Assembly (NCBI RefSeq): GCF_000143415.4
Contig: NW_003314362.1
Span: 310,001-374,000, forward strand
Source: Selaginella moellendorffii
Taxonomy: Eukaryota > Plantae > Lycopodiophyta
Direction: 5' to 3'
DNA: 64,000 bases
Positions 37,189 through 50,600 of this stretch are shown piece after piece. The position numbers and the translations under genes are program-made. Positions within the stretch are counted from its first letter, which is position 1, and each line of letters opens with the position of its first letter. Below the pieces are notes generated by a model. That model searched no databases and was not told the DNA's origin. It saw nothing but the letters and a program-made list of their open reading frames with translations.

Positions 37189-37986
37189 TTAATCGAAAAA
37201 GTTTATCGCCTCCACAAGGCTCTGAACACTCATGGCCTTTACTTTGGCCAAGGCGTTGGCGTCAGCAGCCAAGGAATTACTGTTGAGTTTAGCGGTGAAG
37301 CTGGTGATGGTTATGGTGGCTTCCCAGGTGGTGATCTTCCCCGCCTTCTTTGTCATGGTGGCGTCCGCCCAATACATATTTAACTCCGGGTTTGTGGCTG
37401 GCGACCTGAAGGAGAAGAGCGTGTACAGCGCCCGAACACTAGTGTTGTCCTCGACGTGCGCAAACGTAGGGACGTGCAGCAGCGCCTTTTGCAAAGTCTT
37501 GGTAATCTGGTTAGCGGTCTCAGTGTCGTGGGTGCGCTGCAGGTAGTCGCTGACGTCTTTCCAGATCGTGTCGCAGCTGCCAGACATGTCCTCGCTGGCC
37601 GCTGCCGTGAGGTAAACATACTGCGGGAATGTGGTGACAAGCACTGTCAGAAACTGCTGGAAATGCTTGGCCTGTTGGCTGGCCTCGGCGGGATCGGTGA
37701 TGAGCTTTGGAGAGTAGTGGGCGAGTTGCATTCCAACAGCCGTAAAAGTTGCCAAGGCGTGGACATGGAACTTTGGTAGCTTGTAAACCTCGGCATTTGC
37801 TCCAGGAAGAGGCGGGGCGTTCACAGCAATAGCTACAGGAATGTAGACATCTACATCAGTGGCCACATGAGCGTCAACATGCAGGAATCGTGCTCGAGAG
37901 ACCGCCTTGGAGTTGGAGCTCACGTTCCTGAACACCTCTAAAGCGTGATTGAACTCATTGTTATTCATCAGCAATGGCAGCGCCAT
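37189..37986 (-). CDS. 265-aa protein, paralog A; candidate Evf/Cyt-like (cytolysin-fold) protein
   Basis: Uninterrupted ORF from ATG 37986, with TATATAAA at ~38069-38076. Aligns end-to-end with 41612-42451 (LATF, FL..LV.TFPQYV, R.LYT..SF, NP...MYW, GK.T, SNS..ADA..LA). The fold assignment is inference. Confidence 0.8.
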   Translation of the reverse strand: MALPLLMNNNEFNHALEVFRNVSSNSKAVSRARFLHVDAHVATDVDVYIPVAIAVNAPPLPGANAEVYKLPKFHVHALATFTAVGMQLAHYSPKLITDPAEASQQAKHFQQFLTVLVTTFPQYVYLTAAASEDMSGSCDTIWKDVSDYLQRTHDTETANQITKTLQKALLHVPTFAHVEDNTSVRALYTLFSFRSPATNPELNMYWADATMTKKAGKITTWEATITITSFTAKLNSNSLAADANALAKVKAMSVQSLVEAINFFD

Positions 37987-38708
37987 GAATATAAAAGCGG
38001 GATAAAGAGCAGAGTGATCTAGAGACAACGAGAAAGGAGCGGATGTTCAGATGGGTAGTCATTCCAGCTTTATATACCACCAAGAGCTTGAGCATGCAAA
38101 AAACGATGTCAATTGCAATGAATGATCAAGGACATGGGGCCATCTTGAAGTTCCAAGGAATGACAGTGAAATATCACTTTCTTAATAGAATGCTATAGTT
38201 TTTGAGATTGCAAGATCATAGCTAGAACTATACATCAGCCTACGTACCCTTGCAAAAAAAACATATCATAAATCATCAAGGACATGGCCCCAATATGGAA
38301 TGACTGTGAAATATCACTTTTTTGACAGTCATGCTATAGCAATGTTGAGATTGCAAGATCATAGCTGGTCCAGCATGACATTTTTTTGTTTTGCAAGGGT
38401 ACGTATGTCGTCAAGAGCTGGAATGACCCATTGCAATTGACAAGTAAGTATATGCCCTTGCAAAAAAAAAATGTCATGAATGATAAGGGACATGGTTTAT
38501 ATATAGGGCTTTAATTTCGACAACCTGCTTGACAAAAGAGCCTTTAGTGGCTATTTTATCTCTATTTATCCCCCAAGGTTTTAAGGATCCATGATGACAA
38601 TATATTTAAATATTATCTTATGATCACATGCGCTACATTAAAGATTGACAATGTAATATACAGCATGCTATACTTGTTGAGATTGCAAGGTCATAGCTAC
38701 CAACCTAT

Positions 38709-40373
38709 TGTAAGCGACTAATTTTTCTTTTTTACTTTAGTCACTTAACTGCACCTTCAACCACTTGGAGGAGTCTCATTCACAACCTCCATAAGTCCCA
38801 GTTAGGACTTGGGGCTTGCCAGCCCTGAGAATGGCATCCATGCCACTCAACCTTTGCATTTGGTCCAAGTGCTCCACGTGTCCGATCCCATGACCGACAC
38901 CCCAAGGTACCACCGACATACCAGCCTGTTATGCTAGGCCATGCCCATTCACCTTGGTCACACCGGTGGTCTAACGCCACCTACATCATAATCCCGTCTC
39001 TCAAAGACTGGGCCATCCATCCATGAGCAATCATCCTAGATCTACTCCTTAGCATCCTTATGATGCCCGCAGACATGGGGAGTAGCCTTCCCCAACAACT
39101 CTTTTCCAGTCCCCACCAAGTCCCTTTTAGTCCATGACCGTGTTCGCCAACACTGCCACTGGATCAAGGCCTGCAGGCCTGACCGCGAAGTCCCACTATC
39201 CTTTGGGACTTCCTCACCATGTGACCGTATCCTTGGTCACTACATTAGAGGCCTACTCCTCTTCCCTTTCACCGTTTGGGACTTTGGGACAACATTTCGG
39301 AACACCGTGGCCTTACGCAAACCTCATGGGTACTCTCCCCACCTTTTGCCTTTAGGTGCTCTAGCCATGGGCTTAGAGCGAGGTTCCGTTGAGCCACGAC
39401 AGGTATCCAAGTAGGTAGTGCCACCCACACTTGGATTGGGAGTATCGGCCAGTCGATCTCCCGGGGGAACTAGAGCCGGCTTTTGAACACTTCACCAAGC
39501 TACCCCGCTTGTCGGTCCGTGTTCACTCTAGTCTTGGACTTCCCAATGGGCAGCTCATCACCCAACACTGGGTCTGGCCTTCCTGGGCCAAACTAGCCTT
39601 TCCTGGCCAAACTGGCTCCACTGCAGTCCTCCCCCTAATATACTTTTGGAGCTCACCAAACCCCCCAGGGTCTGGGAGACGAACGCTTTGGGCTTTCACC
39701 CTCTCAGACTTGAACTCGGACTCGGACTTGGACTCGGACTCGGACTCGGATTCGGACTCGGACTCGGACTTGGGCTCGGTCTCAGCCTCGGCCTCGGTCT
39801 CGGTCTCGGTCCCGGTCTCGGTCCCGGTCTCGGTCTCAGTCTCGGTCCCGGTCTCGGTCTCGGTCTCGGTCCTGGTCCCGGTCTCGGTCCCGGTCTCGGT
39901 CTCGGTCTCGACTTCGGACTCCATCTTGGGTCCATCTCGGACTCTATCTTGGACTCCATCTCGTGTCCATCTCGGACTCCATCTCGGGTCCACCTTGGAC
40001 TCCATCTCAGACTCCATCTCGGACTCCATCTCCAGTCTATTTCGGACTCCATCTTGGACTCCATCTCGGGGTCCTTCTCGGACTCCACTTTGGACTCCAA
40101 CTCGGGTCCATCTCGGACTCCACTTCGGACCCCAACTCGGACACTTCCACGTGTCATGTGTTGGTCCTTTTGGGTCCCTTTTTGGAACCTCGCTTATTGC
40201 TCGCTTCGTGCTCGTTCCTTGAGCACTTCGTTGGGAGTTCCACTCCCGCTCTCAACCTTTTAAGTCGGAGCTTTTAGTCCAAACGTGTTACACTCGTTTG
40301 GTTTTCGCTTTGGCCACCACCACATGGCACACTTCCGGCTCCACTTTGGGGCCTAGGGATTTCGTGTCTCACA
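38709..40373. mobile_element. Solo LTR (1665 bp) with internal hexamer/12-mer minisatellite
   Basis: TGTAAG...CTCACA termini, exact 5-bp TSD CCTAT, interrupts one promoter repeat module. Homologous inverted copy at 62928-64000. Confidence 0.88.
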
Positions 40374-40433
40374 CCTATATACCCTTGCAAAAAACATTGT
40401 TATAAATTATCATGGACATGTGGGCCCCAATCT

Positions 40434-40546
40434 TGAAACGAACAAGCGAGCAAACCTTAGGCCAACCTCCCAACCCTTAAGGCGTTACAGCCTTATATTC
40501 CACAAGCCATAGAATATTTTAAAAATAATCCTATGGTTTCATGTCA
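40434..40546 (-). mobile_element. Short solo LTR (113 bp) of a chromoviral Ty3 element
   Basis: TG..CA termini, TSD AATCT. Homologous to LTR 61348-61459, which adjoins a PPT and a chromodomain remnant. Confidence 0.82.
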
Positions 40547-41611
40547 AATCTTGCTTGGCATACAATACACCCTTAGCCCTCACAGAAATCATTAATTATG
40601 GCATTGGACCAGACAAGGGCTAGAAATGTACACCATCCAGCATGACATTTTTTTTTTTGCAAAGGTTTTTTGCAAGGGTATGCATGTCCTCAAGAACTGG
40701 ATGCAATTGACAAGTATGTACATACCCTAGCAAAAAATAAAAATAAAAAATTTGTGAATGGTCAAGGACATGGGTGGTCCCCAATTTTGACAACCTCAAG
40801 AGGTCAAATTCAGCTTCATTGTTGAGATTGCAAGATCATAGCTACCAACCTACATACCCTTGCAAAAAACATTGTCATAAATTATTAAGGACATGGGCGT
40901 AGAGCTGCTACAAGTGGGCCCCAATCTCACTTATAAGAAATGATGGTGAAACATCACTTTCTTATCACTTTAGGGTGTCCTGACAAATACTAATGGTTGC
41001 CTCTGGCATAATTAATTATTTCTAAATCATTAATTATGGCATCTAGGTCCAGACAAGGGCTAGAACTGTACACCAACCTATGTGGTCCAGCATGACATCT
41101 TTTTATTTTTTGCAAGGGTTTTTTGCAAGGGTACGTACGTCGTCAATAGCTGGAATGACCGCTCTGCCCTTGACGAGTACATGCAAAACAAATGTGTCAT
41201 GAATGATCAAGGACATGAGCTTAAAGAATGACGGTGCATGCTATAAGCATGCCTAGAGTATACCAATGCAATTTTGTTTTCAGTCTCTGCAAATGGACTC
41301 ACTTTTATTATGCAGCACAGATCTGGCTGTTGATAATGTCACATGTTCAAAGTTGACATACTACCAAATTCTGAGCTCCAGCTATAAAGATCCCAGTGAT
41401 CCATCACAGTTAACACCAAGGCCTGTTATTTGATCTCCTTTCACGTCCAGCAATTGTGTGTTCAGTCTTTCTTTCCCCTCTCAAACCTTATTCTCACAAG
41501 TGTGCTTCTGCAGGTAGATCTTGAACAATTCCCTCTTTGCAGGAGAGCAACTCTTCTATTGACTTTCTTCTCTTTCTCAGTCAAGCTCGAGCAGGCCACA
41601 AGAGCAGAACA

Positions 41612-42451
41612 ATGGGAAGCCTACCACAGCTTCTCAGTGAGGACGAGGCTCGACACAACCTACAGGTTTTCACTAAGTCTGCCATGATTTCAAAAGCTCG
41701 CAGCTACATCCGCTCATCTCAACCCCTGTCAGTAGTGATAGAAGTACCGACAAATAATGACATTGTTGCACCTGGGGCCGAAGTTGTGAATGGTCCTGAT
41801 GACACTGCGTCGTCACAGCTGGAGTTCTACAGAAACCCCAAGTACCACACTGACGTCCTTGCCACCTTTATTGCCACAGCGATGTCTATTGCTAAATATG
41901 TTCCACTACTGACGGAGCTTACAGACCAGGCCAACAAACAATCGGAGGATTTTGCCAAATTCCTCCAGATCCTGGTGTCCACTTTCCCGCAGTATGTTAA
42001 GTTTGCAGGAGCAAGCAGCATCGCCATCGAGAACAAGTCAAGTTATAATCAGTTACTGTCAACGGTGCATGACTTCATACAGGAGACTGCTATTGACCCG
42101 TCTAAAGCTGGTGCGGGCGTGATCCAAATGATCAAGAATGCAACCCATGCCATGGATTCTACAGTAGAAGGCAGCTACAGGCGTTCACTCTATACTTCAT
42201 ATTCTTTCCAGGGCCGTGCTCGCAATCCCCAAACGACAATGTACTGGAGTAGTGTCAACTTGGAGAGGAACCGCAGCGGCAAGACTACGTGTGTGTCTGC
42301 TGAGCTGAAGATCGTCCGCTTTACCGTTGAGGTCATCAGTAATTCCGTGATTGCTGATGCTCATATCCTGGCAGAGGCAAAGGGCCGGGCAGCCCAGGAG
42401 ATTGCGGATATCATAAATGGACATATAAATCCGTCCAAGGACAATCATTAG
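41612..42451 (+). CDS. 279-aa protein, paralog B; candidate Evf/Cyt-like (cytolysin-fold) protein
   Basis: Uninterrupted ORF from ATG 41612 (MGSLPQ), TATAAA at ~41383, likely 5'-UTR intron 41514-41579. Full-length homolog of 37189-37986. Confidence 0.8.
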   Translation: MGSLPQLLSEDEARHNLQVFTKSAMISKARSYIRSSQPLSVVIEVPTNNDIVAPGAEVVNGPDDTASSQLEFYRNPKYHTDVLATFIATAMSIAKYVPLLTELTDQANKQSEDFAKFLQILVSTFPQYVKFAGASSIAIENKSSYNQLLSTVHDFIQETAIDPSKAGAGVIQMIKNATHAMDSTVEGSYRRSLYTSYSFQGRARNPQTTMYWSSVNLERNRSGKTTCVSAELKIVRFTVEVISNSVIADAHILAEAKGRAAQEIADIINGHINPSKDNH

Positions 42452-42649
42452 AGAGCTCTGTTGGGGCCGTAAGCCAAATGATAATGAATGGAAATTTGCT
42501 CTAAGTATATAGGTATATGGGAAGTATGTAAAAGGAAAATTGGTAATAAAAAAGTCCATAAATATTATTAGATGCAGTGATTAAAAAATTAATTAAGAGA
42601 TCCATAAATATTTAAGTTACAAAGGTGTGAGTGGGTGACCACTCCAAGG

Positions 42650-44185
42650 TGGATTATAGTTTCAACACAAGCTTTATCATAGTGGATACTCTACAAGGTT
42701 GTTGCACAGTTTGTTGAAGCAGGACAATATTGCTTCCCTCTGCTCTTCTTGGCATAAAAACTTTTTGGACCAATATTCAGTTTATTTAGCATTTTACCAG
42801 GAAACTTTACATGTAATTTTCTCTCCCTTATTAAATTTGCCATCGTTAAATAATAGGTAAAGCATTAAATTAGTGGCCACCAGATTATTTGGGTATGATA
42901 TGTTGTTTCTCAAACTCATCCATAGTAAACACATGTGGTTTTTTATTTGCAACGCAAGACTCTTCAAGCTAATTCCACCACTGAAGACTCGTATCTCGCA
43001 AAACCATTGGAATAACCACTAAAGCCTTTGCATCTAGAGCTCTTTAGGCAGCCAAAAACTTCTTCACATCAGCTAGTCAAGCTAAACATTTATCCACACC
43101 ACCATCACTGAAAAAATTACAATCATAAGTCAATCCACTAAAGAAGGCTTCCTTAAAGCACCACCACCACTGGCCTTGAGTACCTCAACACACTCTACCA
43201 TTGTAACCATCATGCCATGCATCTCCTTTTGCGTCTCTTTTGGTCAAAATTGGTACATAACAACCTTCCTTTCAGATTCCGAGGTGGAGAGTGAGGTGCA
43301 TATGCCATGACCCTTAGGCAATAGTGTTTCTTCCCAAGGTCCCAAAGTGTGCAACACACCTAAAGACTCGGGATGTTAAAGTGGTCTATGAACAAGTTTT
43401 GTGGAACCTTGGGAAGTTAGGATCCTAGAGGCTTGGAATGTTTGGTTTGCTTGTGCATGAGAGGCTTCAATACCAAATTGTAAACCATAAATTTTTTCAA
43501 GCAAATTATTGACTCATTTCTATCCTTAATTCTAGCAAAGAATAAAAGCAGATCACTAAGTGATAGCTATGCCAGAGCAAAACCCTTCCCAGAAACTTAG
43601 GACTTAAAGTTCAATTACATTTCCCATCGATCCACCACCTTCACTTTAGCTATAGATAAGATCCCTTTGCCAAGGTCCACTTCTAGGTACCACTGTCTAC
43701 TGGATCCTTACTCGCTTAGCTAGTTATTACATACATACAAGAGTGTTAGCCATTTCTCAGTAATTTCCTCAATTGCTCTCCCAAACCCATACTATAGTGG
43801 AGGACAAGCCTCCTATGGAACAAGAACCGATGGAGGAACCTATGGATGAGGTTTTGGTACTGGAGGAGGATCCTAGTGAGGAGACTTCTAGGCAAGAATT
43901 GAGTGGTGAGGCTCCTTCCTCCATTGGTATCAAAGGGAGGTTGGTTGTGATGGCTGACCAATAGAAATGCTAGAATCCTAATGACGAAGGTGGTCACAAT
44001 AGTGGAACTAATGAAGCTACAGAGGTTTGGATTACCCATGATGTTTTGTATAAGCTGCAAGCCCTCAACAAAAATTAGCAAGAGATGCAAGAGAAGATGC
44101 ATGGCATAATAACTATGATGGGAGAGTGTGTTGAGATACTCAAGGTTGGTGGTGGTGGTGCTTCAAGGAAGTCTTCTTTGGTGGA
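42650..44185. mobile_element. Decayed LTR-retrotransposon remnants in opposite orientations
   Basis: Inverted match 43142-43195 / 44124-44177. PBS-like TGGTATCA at 43926 (+) and a degenerate one at ~43470 (-). Confidence 0.45.
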
Positions 44186-44695
44186 TGTAGCACATGTGGT
44201 TTTCACCCTTTATCCTATACTATAGGATAATTATGAAGTGGACCGTAAACCCTTTATATGCTACATATCATATACCACATGTCTAAAGATAGTGGAGTAG
44301 AATTTGAGTTTCAAGGCCTTGGGGCCACTGAATGAAAGAATGGAGCCAAACTTCCAAAGTTAACCAAGGAACGAAAGAACTGAAACACGGTGCAACTCTT
44401 GAGCGTTCAACCTAAAAAGTAAAGGGACAAGAGTATGGAGCGATATAAGAACAGTCCTAAAGTATCTAATATTCCAATGCTAGGACCAACATACAAAACG
44501 AAGCTAAACAGAGTCTAGCGCTATTTTAGCATACTGATGGCCTAACACGAGGATATGGGTACCATGGTATGAAACTTGGGCTTAGACCCAAGCCAAATGC
44601 AGAACAAAGACATGCATGCAAGTAGGAGTTAAACTATACCTCACGTTGGTCAGCCACACTTAATCTACCCACTATCCTTATTATACATTTGGAAC

Positions 44696-47600
44696 TGTAG
44701 CACATGTGGTTTTGACCCTTTATCCTATGGTGATTTACCATAGGATAACACCACGGAGTGGAACCTAAACCCTCTTTGTGCCATGTGACAGGTGCCACGT
44801 GTCACATACCACGTGTCCATGCCACGTGTCCATAGGAACCCGAGGTTCAGGGCCTTGGGGCCACTGAACGAAGGAACGGTGCCAAACTCCCAAGCACGAA
44901 GCCAAGGAGTGACGGAACCGAACCACGGAGCAACTCCTGAGCATGTAGCCCAAAGAGCGAAAGGACAGGAGCCCGGAGCGACTTGGAACAGTCCTAGAGT
45001 AACCAGCATCCCAATGCCAGGACTAGCATGCAAAACGGAGCCAAACGGAGTCTAGCGCTATTTCGGCATACCGGTGGCCTAACGTGAGGACATGGGTACT
45101 CCACTAGCTAGCATGGAATGGAACTTGGGCTTAGACCCAAAACAAGGACAGGCACGCAAGCGGAAGCTAGATTATGCCTCAGGTTGGTCGGCTATGCCCG
45201 ACCTACCCACTATCCCTACTATACATTTGGAACCCCCCACAGCCCTTCCCCCCCTCCTTGAGGAACACACGCTTTGGGCTTTCACCCCAAGCCTCCCTTA
45301 GTATCAGGAGTTAGTCTCTGGAACAAGCTCGAAACTTACTAAATATGGAATGACGCTAGATTGTGAATTTGGACACGGGACGAACACCATTGTGTTCAGG
45401 CCGATCTCTACATTTCGTAGATATGCCAAATGAGCAAATCTGGACACTTTCCATAAATAGTAGTTGGGACCGAAATGAGACTAACACAAAGGGCATGATA
45501 GCGAGGGTGTTTGGCAGACACAGTAAGCTATCATCTAGCGATATTGAGGGACCAAGCTCAATATCGCGGGGGTTCCCAACACTAGCAAGTGCAAGCCAAC
45601 ATCATGAGTTTCTCATCACCGTGTCAAGTTTGCTTGACTAAATGACAACTTAGGATTTCCTTCCTTAGTGCCCTTCCAGTCTAAGTGCACATGTGATGAC
45701 CAGTTTCTCAACTAGCTTAGGCAGAGACTGATAACAGGTCCAGTAATACCGACCTCTTGCCATCGTGGTAGTAAGGTAAGAGTGTCCGTAAGGATTGGTC
45801 GACAGGTAGTTTTCAATACCCGAAGTCACATTCGCGACACTCTCCTGCATACTCGAGTCTAGAATACCGCCAAGGAAACAACTCCAGAAAAAGTTCACGG
45901 TACTTACACTATGTGAGAAATGCACTAACTTAAATGAGTTAGGGGTAACCTCTTTGTCTAACGCGGATGCGCTACCAGCTCAGACACCTTCCGGCCGTCG
46001 CCGACAAGGAAATGACCAACGGAGTGAGCCACCCTTGCTGCTCTGGTTGTCATCTAGCTTACAAAAGTGTGATATGCCCTGCCCATAGAGACATAGAGAG
46101 AGGAGCCAGGGGCCCCAACCCTTCTGAGCAAAAAAACCAAACCCGTCAGTAAGGTTTAGATAGACTACTGTAAACATGCAATTAGAGTTGTTTACACGGT
46201 CACGCCCGTTCAACGGAATAAGGAATATCGACAAAGAGGCGGGTTATGTGACCAGTCGACAGTAGCTACCCCATGACTAGAGATTTCACCATGCACACGA
46301 AGTCCCGAAGCCAGTCTGCCTATACTGGCCCAAACTCAAAGATCAATAGATGGACAATATCAAAGTCATAGACAATGATATCTTAGAGGCTTAATTATCA
46401 GTGAGTATATCTTAGAATAGAACACAAAAGTATTCTAATTAAGTTGTCATCCGATAAACTAGTATTATAGGATAGGAACCACCAAGATCATCATCTTTGG
46501 AAACATAGGATGGACCATCCAACAAAGTTCAATAGCAAGTATATCATTAAGGAAACTCAATGATGAAACTTAACTACCAAAGATGGCAGATAGTATGCGA
46601 AACAACTTACTAAAGATAACTCAAAGAACACAAAGTATCATTGACTAGCAAGTAAGATGCTCGCGAATGTATCACCCGAAGGAAATAACATCTCAATCGA
46701 TCAGAACTAACTCGAGCAACAATCAACAGAATAGAATGAATGTGGCAAGTCCAACAAACACTCGTTTATGCCAACTATCACACTAGCTAATCTGAATAGA
46801 TCCCAATCAACAATACAAAGGAACCAAAGTTGTTTAAGCAAGTGTCAGCAATATCCTTTTGATGTCTCAAACCCAAGAGACCAATCCAGAGCAAATCACA
46901 AAGAACACGTGGTATTGCAAAAAGCCAAAAGCCTTCAAAGAGAATAACGAACCATCATGAAAGACCATCAATCATCCCATCAATAAAGAGATGCATAATC
47001 ATCATTGAAGAAAGAATTTACCATCCCAAAGAACAGTAACTCAGTTTATTTTAACAATAATCAAGCAAAACTCTTGACAAGGATAATCAACTATCTTAGA
47101 TGATAGTTAATCATCACCAATGAGTGTTAGATGCAAAAGCTAACTTCAACATCGAAACTAATGAGCTAAAATGCCTTCCCCAACAACTTCTAACAAATGG
47201 AACAATGAGCATAAAACTCAAAGAACCAAAAGCTCAAAGAAGCTTATAGCCAAGTCGTACCTAATAATGATCACAAGTCTTGCATAACTAATTCCAATGT
47301 TAAAGAAGAAATCATGGTACAACCCACAATATCTTCCTCAATACATCCATAAGCTAAACTTCATAATGCTAAAGTTAATGAAGAGCATGTTTGCATTAAT
47401 CCAAAAGCCAAACACCATGGAGCTATGCTCAACAAGTGATCACAAAACGATCCTCCATGAATCCATCTATAGCAAAATGTAACTCACTTCATAACAAGCA
47501 TAAGAAGAATCATTAATGATTGATATATTCCAACTCAAATCCAACAAGGATTCAAACTTTCCAATATCAATCATTAACTCTTCCGCTTGTAGAGTTAGCA

Positions 47601-50600
47601 TAGTCCACGACTGAATCACTTTTCAAGGAAAAGCCAAAGCTTAACCCCTACTAAATAATCCTGTCTAGAACACAACTAACTCAAACTTGCCATTTAGTTC
47701 GTTTGAACGTCAACACAGTTGCTAACTAGCAAATGCATGAATGCCAACAACATAAAGCTACAACCAAATCATCAACACTATCTCTATCGAGACTAATGAA
47801 ACTCAATATCAATCGAGAGAGAGATATCTCATTTCACTTGAATCTCAACATCAATATTGTCAACGGCAAGGCATCACTTCAATGTCATCAACACCATAAC
47901 AAAGTTAAACGAAAGCACGAGTGAATCACCACTCAAAACTCTCTAGCAACTAAGCTAACCAAAGTCGAAGATACTTTACTCAGCATCCGAGACCAATCCT
48001 TCAGCAAAACTCAGTTACAGATAACACTTCCTCAAGGAGTGAATCACCACATCCAAGACTCAATGAAATCCAACACGATAGACTAAATGCAACCAAATGA
48101 TATTAACAGAGGTAGAATCAACATGCCAACATGGAAAACCCATGTAAGTCTAACAACACGATCCTCCACAACACCATCCGGTAAAGCAAGCCCATCACTG
48201 CTAATTCTTCATCGAGTGAAGCAAGTATCAATAGTCCTTGACAAAGTCTACAAGCAATCACTAGTTGCAAAGCAACCAACAATCACTCTTCAACTTGCCT
48301 TCACAAGATCTAACACTAAACTCATGTCATCAAGTTATATACTCATCCAACATAAACATAATACCTCAAGTATGAGATAAAGGTTTATGGACAAGCATAA
48401 CAAAATGACCACTCAAATCCAACTCAACCGCAATAAGCTCACTAATGCATTTAGCCACTAGCTCTGAGCATGCCTTGAAGAGGCTAGCTATGCATGATCA
48501 ACACTAAGCCGAAACTAATATGAAGACCATGAGATGAACTCATATCGGTACACAACCTCCACTTGGTCAAAGCTATAGTATGGGTACCAACATCTTAAAC
48601 TCAAACAACTAAATTGGACATCACTATCCTCAGCCAAGGCGCAAAGCCACCAAAACCAAGTCAAGATCAGTGAGAGCTCACTACTCTCATAGAGTCTAAC
48701 AAAGTGCAAGGTGCAACCTGCCACCAAGCATAACGCTATAGAAGAAAGGCACAAGGGTCACCCTTCTTAGAAAAGTGCAATAGCCACTTTTCTACACCAA
48801 CTCCAAACTCTATCCAACTCAATTGCCTTATCCCCAAAAGTTAGCATCCCTTTCGGGCCGCATCATTGTAGCGCACCTGAATTTGGAGCCGAACTCCAAG
48901 CCCGTTGCGCTACGAAACGAGGGTCCAGTACAATCCCACGAGCACCAGCTCCCCGTATCCAGCACCTGCACGCAAAATGGTGTCAGACGGAGTCTGGCAC
49001 AATTTTGGCATACCGGTGGCCTAACGCGAGGAGGAGGGTACTCCACCGACTAGAGCAGCGTGGAGCTTGGGCTTAGACCCAAGCCGGACGCAGAACAAGG
49101 AGCGACACAACCCAGCGGGAGCCAAACTAATGTCTCAGGTGGTCGGACATGCATTCCAACCACTATCCCTACTATACATTTGGAACCCCCCACAGCCCCC
49201 CCCCCCCCCCTTTAAGGGACATACGCTTTGGGCTTTCACCCCAAGCCTCCCTTAGTACCAGGAGTTAGTCTCTGGGACAAGTCCGAAACTTACCAAATAT
49301 AGAATGGCACTAGATTGCGAATTTAGACACGGGACGAACACCATTGTGTTCAAGCCGACCTCTACACTCCGTAGATATACTTTCCATAAATAGCATTTGG
49401 GACCGAAATGAGACTAACACAAAGGTCGTGATAGCAAGGGTGTTTGGCAGACACGGTAAGCTATCATCCAGCGATATTGAGGGACTAGTCTCAATACGCG
49501 AGGGTTCTTGCCAAGTTAGTGCAAGACAGAGCAAAAGAGAACTAAGAGCCAGGCCAAGAATGCTCAGCTAAAAACACATAGGAGTTCCTACCTTATGTCT
49601 ATCTGGCTAAGTACAGATGCTAAGCCCAGTAAACTAACACTTGGACAAGAGGGGCCAATAAAGGGAACCAGTAGTACTGACCTCCTGCCGTCATGGTAGT
49701 AAGGAGAGAGTGTCCGTAAGGACTAGTCGACAAGTATCTTTCGATACCCAAAGTCACATTCGCGACACTCTCCCCCCCTTAGGGAAGATCGACGTCCTCG
49801 TCGATGTATACCCGAGTCTAGCAAACCGTCAAGGAAACAACTCCGAAAGTTAACGGAAAGCACACTATGTGGGAAACACACTAACTTAAATGAGTTAGGG
49901 AACGACCTCTCCTCTACGTCCAAAGACGTTAAGACTCAGACATCCTTCGGCCGTCACCGACAAGGAAATGACTAACAAAGTTAACCACCCTTGCTGCTCC
50001 GAGTACCACTCAGCTTACAAAGGAATGATACATCCCTGCCTGCAGGGACATAGGGAGAAGGCCAGAGGCGATCTCCCCTGAGCAAGAAATCAACCCCGTC
50101 GGGAAGATTTAGATAACTACTATAAACTGGCAGATTAAGTTGTTTACACGACCACACCCCTTTTCGAAAATGAGTCATCGAGAGAGAGGCGGGGACTTGT
50201 GATCAGTCTATAATAGTTATCCCCATGGTTATGGATTGGACCCATGCACCGAAGTGCCGAAGTCAGCCTGCCAAAACTGACCCAAGTACGAACGAACGAG
50301 AGAAACAACACTTTGATTTACAGAAATATATATGACTTTATTAATTTGCAAGATTTATTACAAGATTTACAAAAGCTAGTTTTTATTACGATTTTCATAC
50401 TCCGTGACAAGCTCATGAGCATGTGTAAGATTCCTAAGAGGTTCCCAAGTTGATTCACAAGTCGAGTAACCTTTCCACTTAACGAGATATTCCTTCGCAT
50501 GAGCCTGTCTCCGAAACCGAGAATCTAAGATAGATTCAGCTTCGTACTCAGGTTCACCATCCACGATTACTGGCGGAGGATGCAAATCCGTAGAGCGTTC

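Larger units (their letters stand above)
38090..41230. repeat. Shuffled short repeat modules in the divergent promoter
   Basis: TTGAGATTGCAAG.TCATAGCT (~38202, 38345, 38677, 40822); ACCCTTGCAAAAA (~38247, 40381, 40857) and its reverse complement (~38390, 40667, 41107, 41120); ATGATCAAGGACATG-like units several times. Confidence 0.75.

Noticed and set aside
39431-40277. Long ORFs with SD/SV/GL/RP dipeptide runs (also 62901-63949)
   Set aside because: They are by-products of hexamer repeats inside an LTR that are stop-free in many frames; no evidence of real proteins.
41612-41630. N-myristoylation signal in paralog B (MGSLPQ)
   Set aside because: Poor consensus beyond Gly2 and not shared by paralog A.
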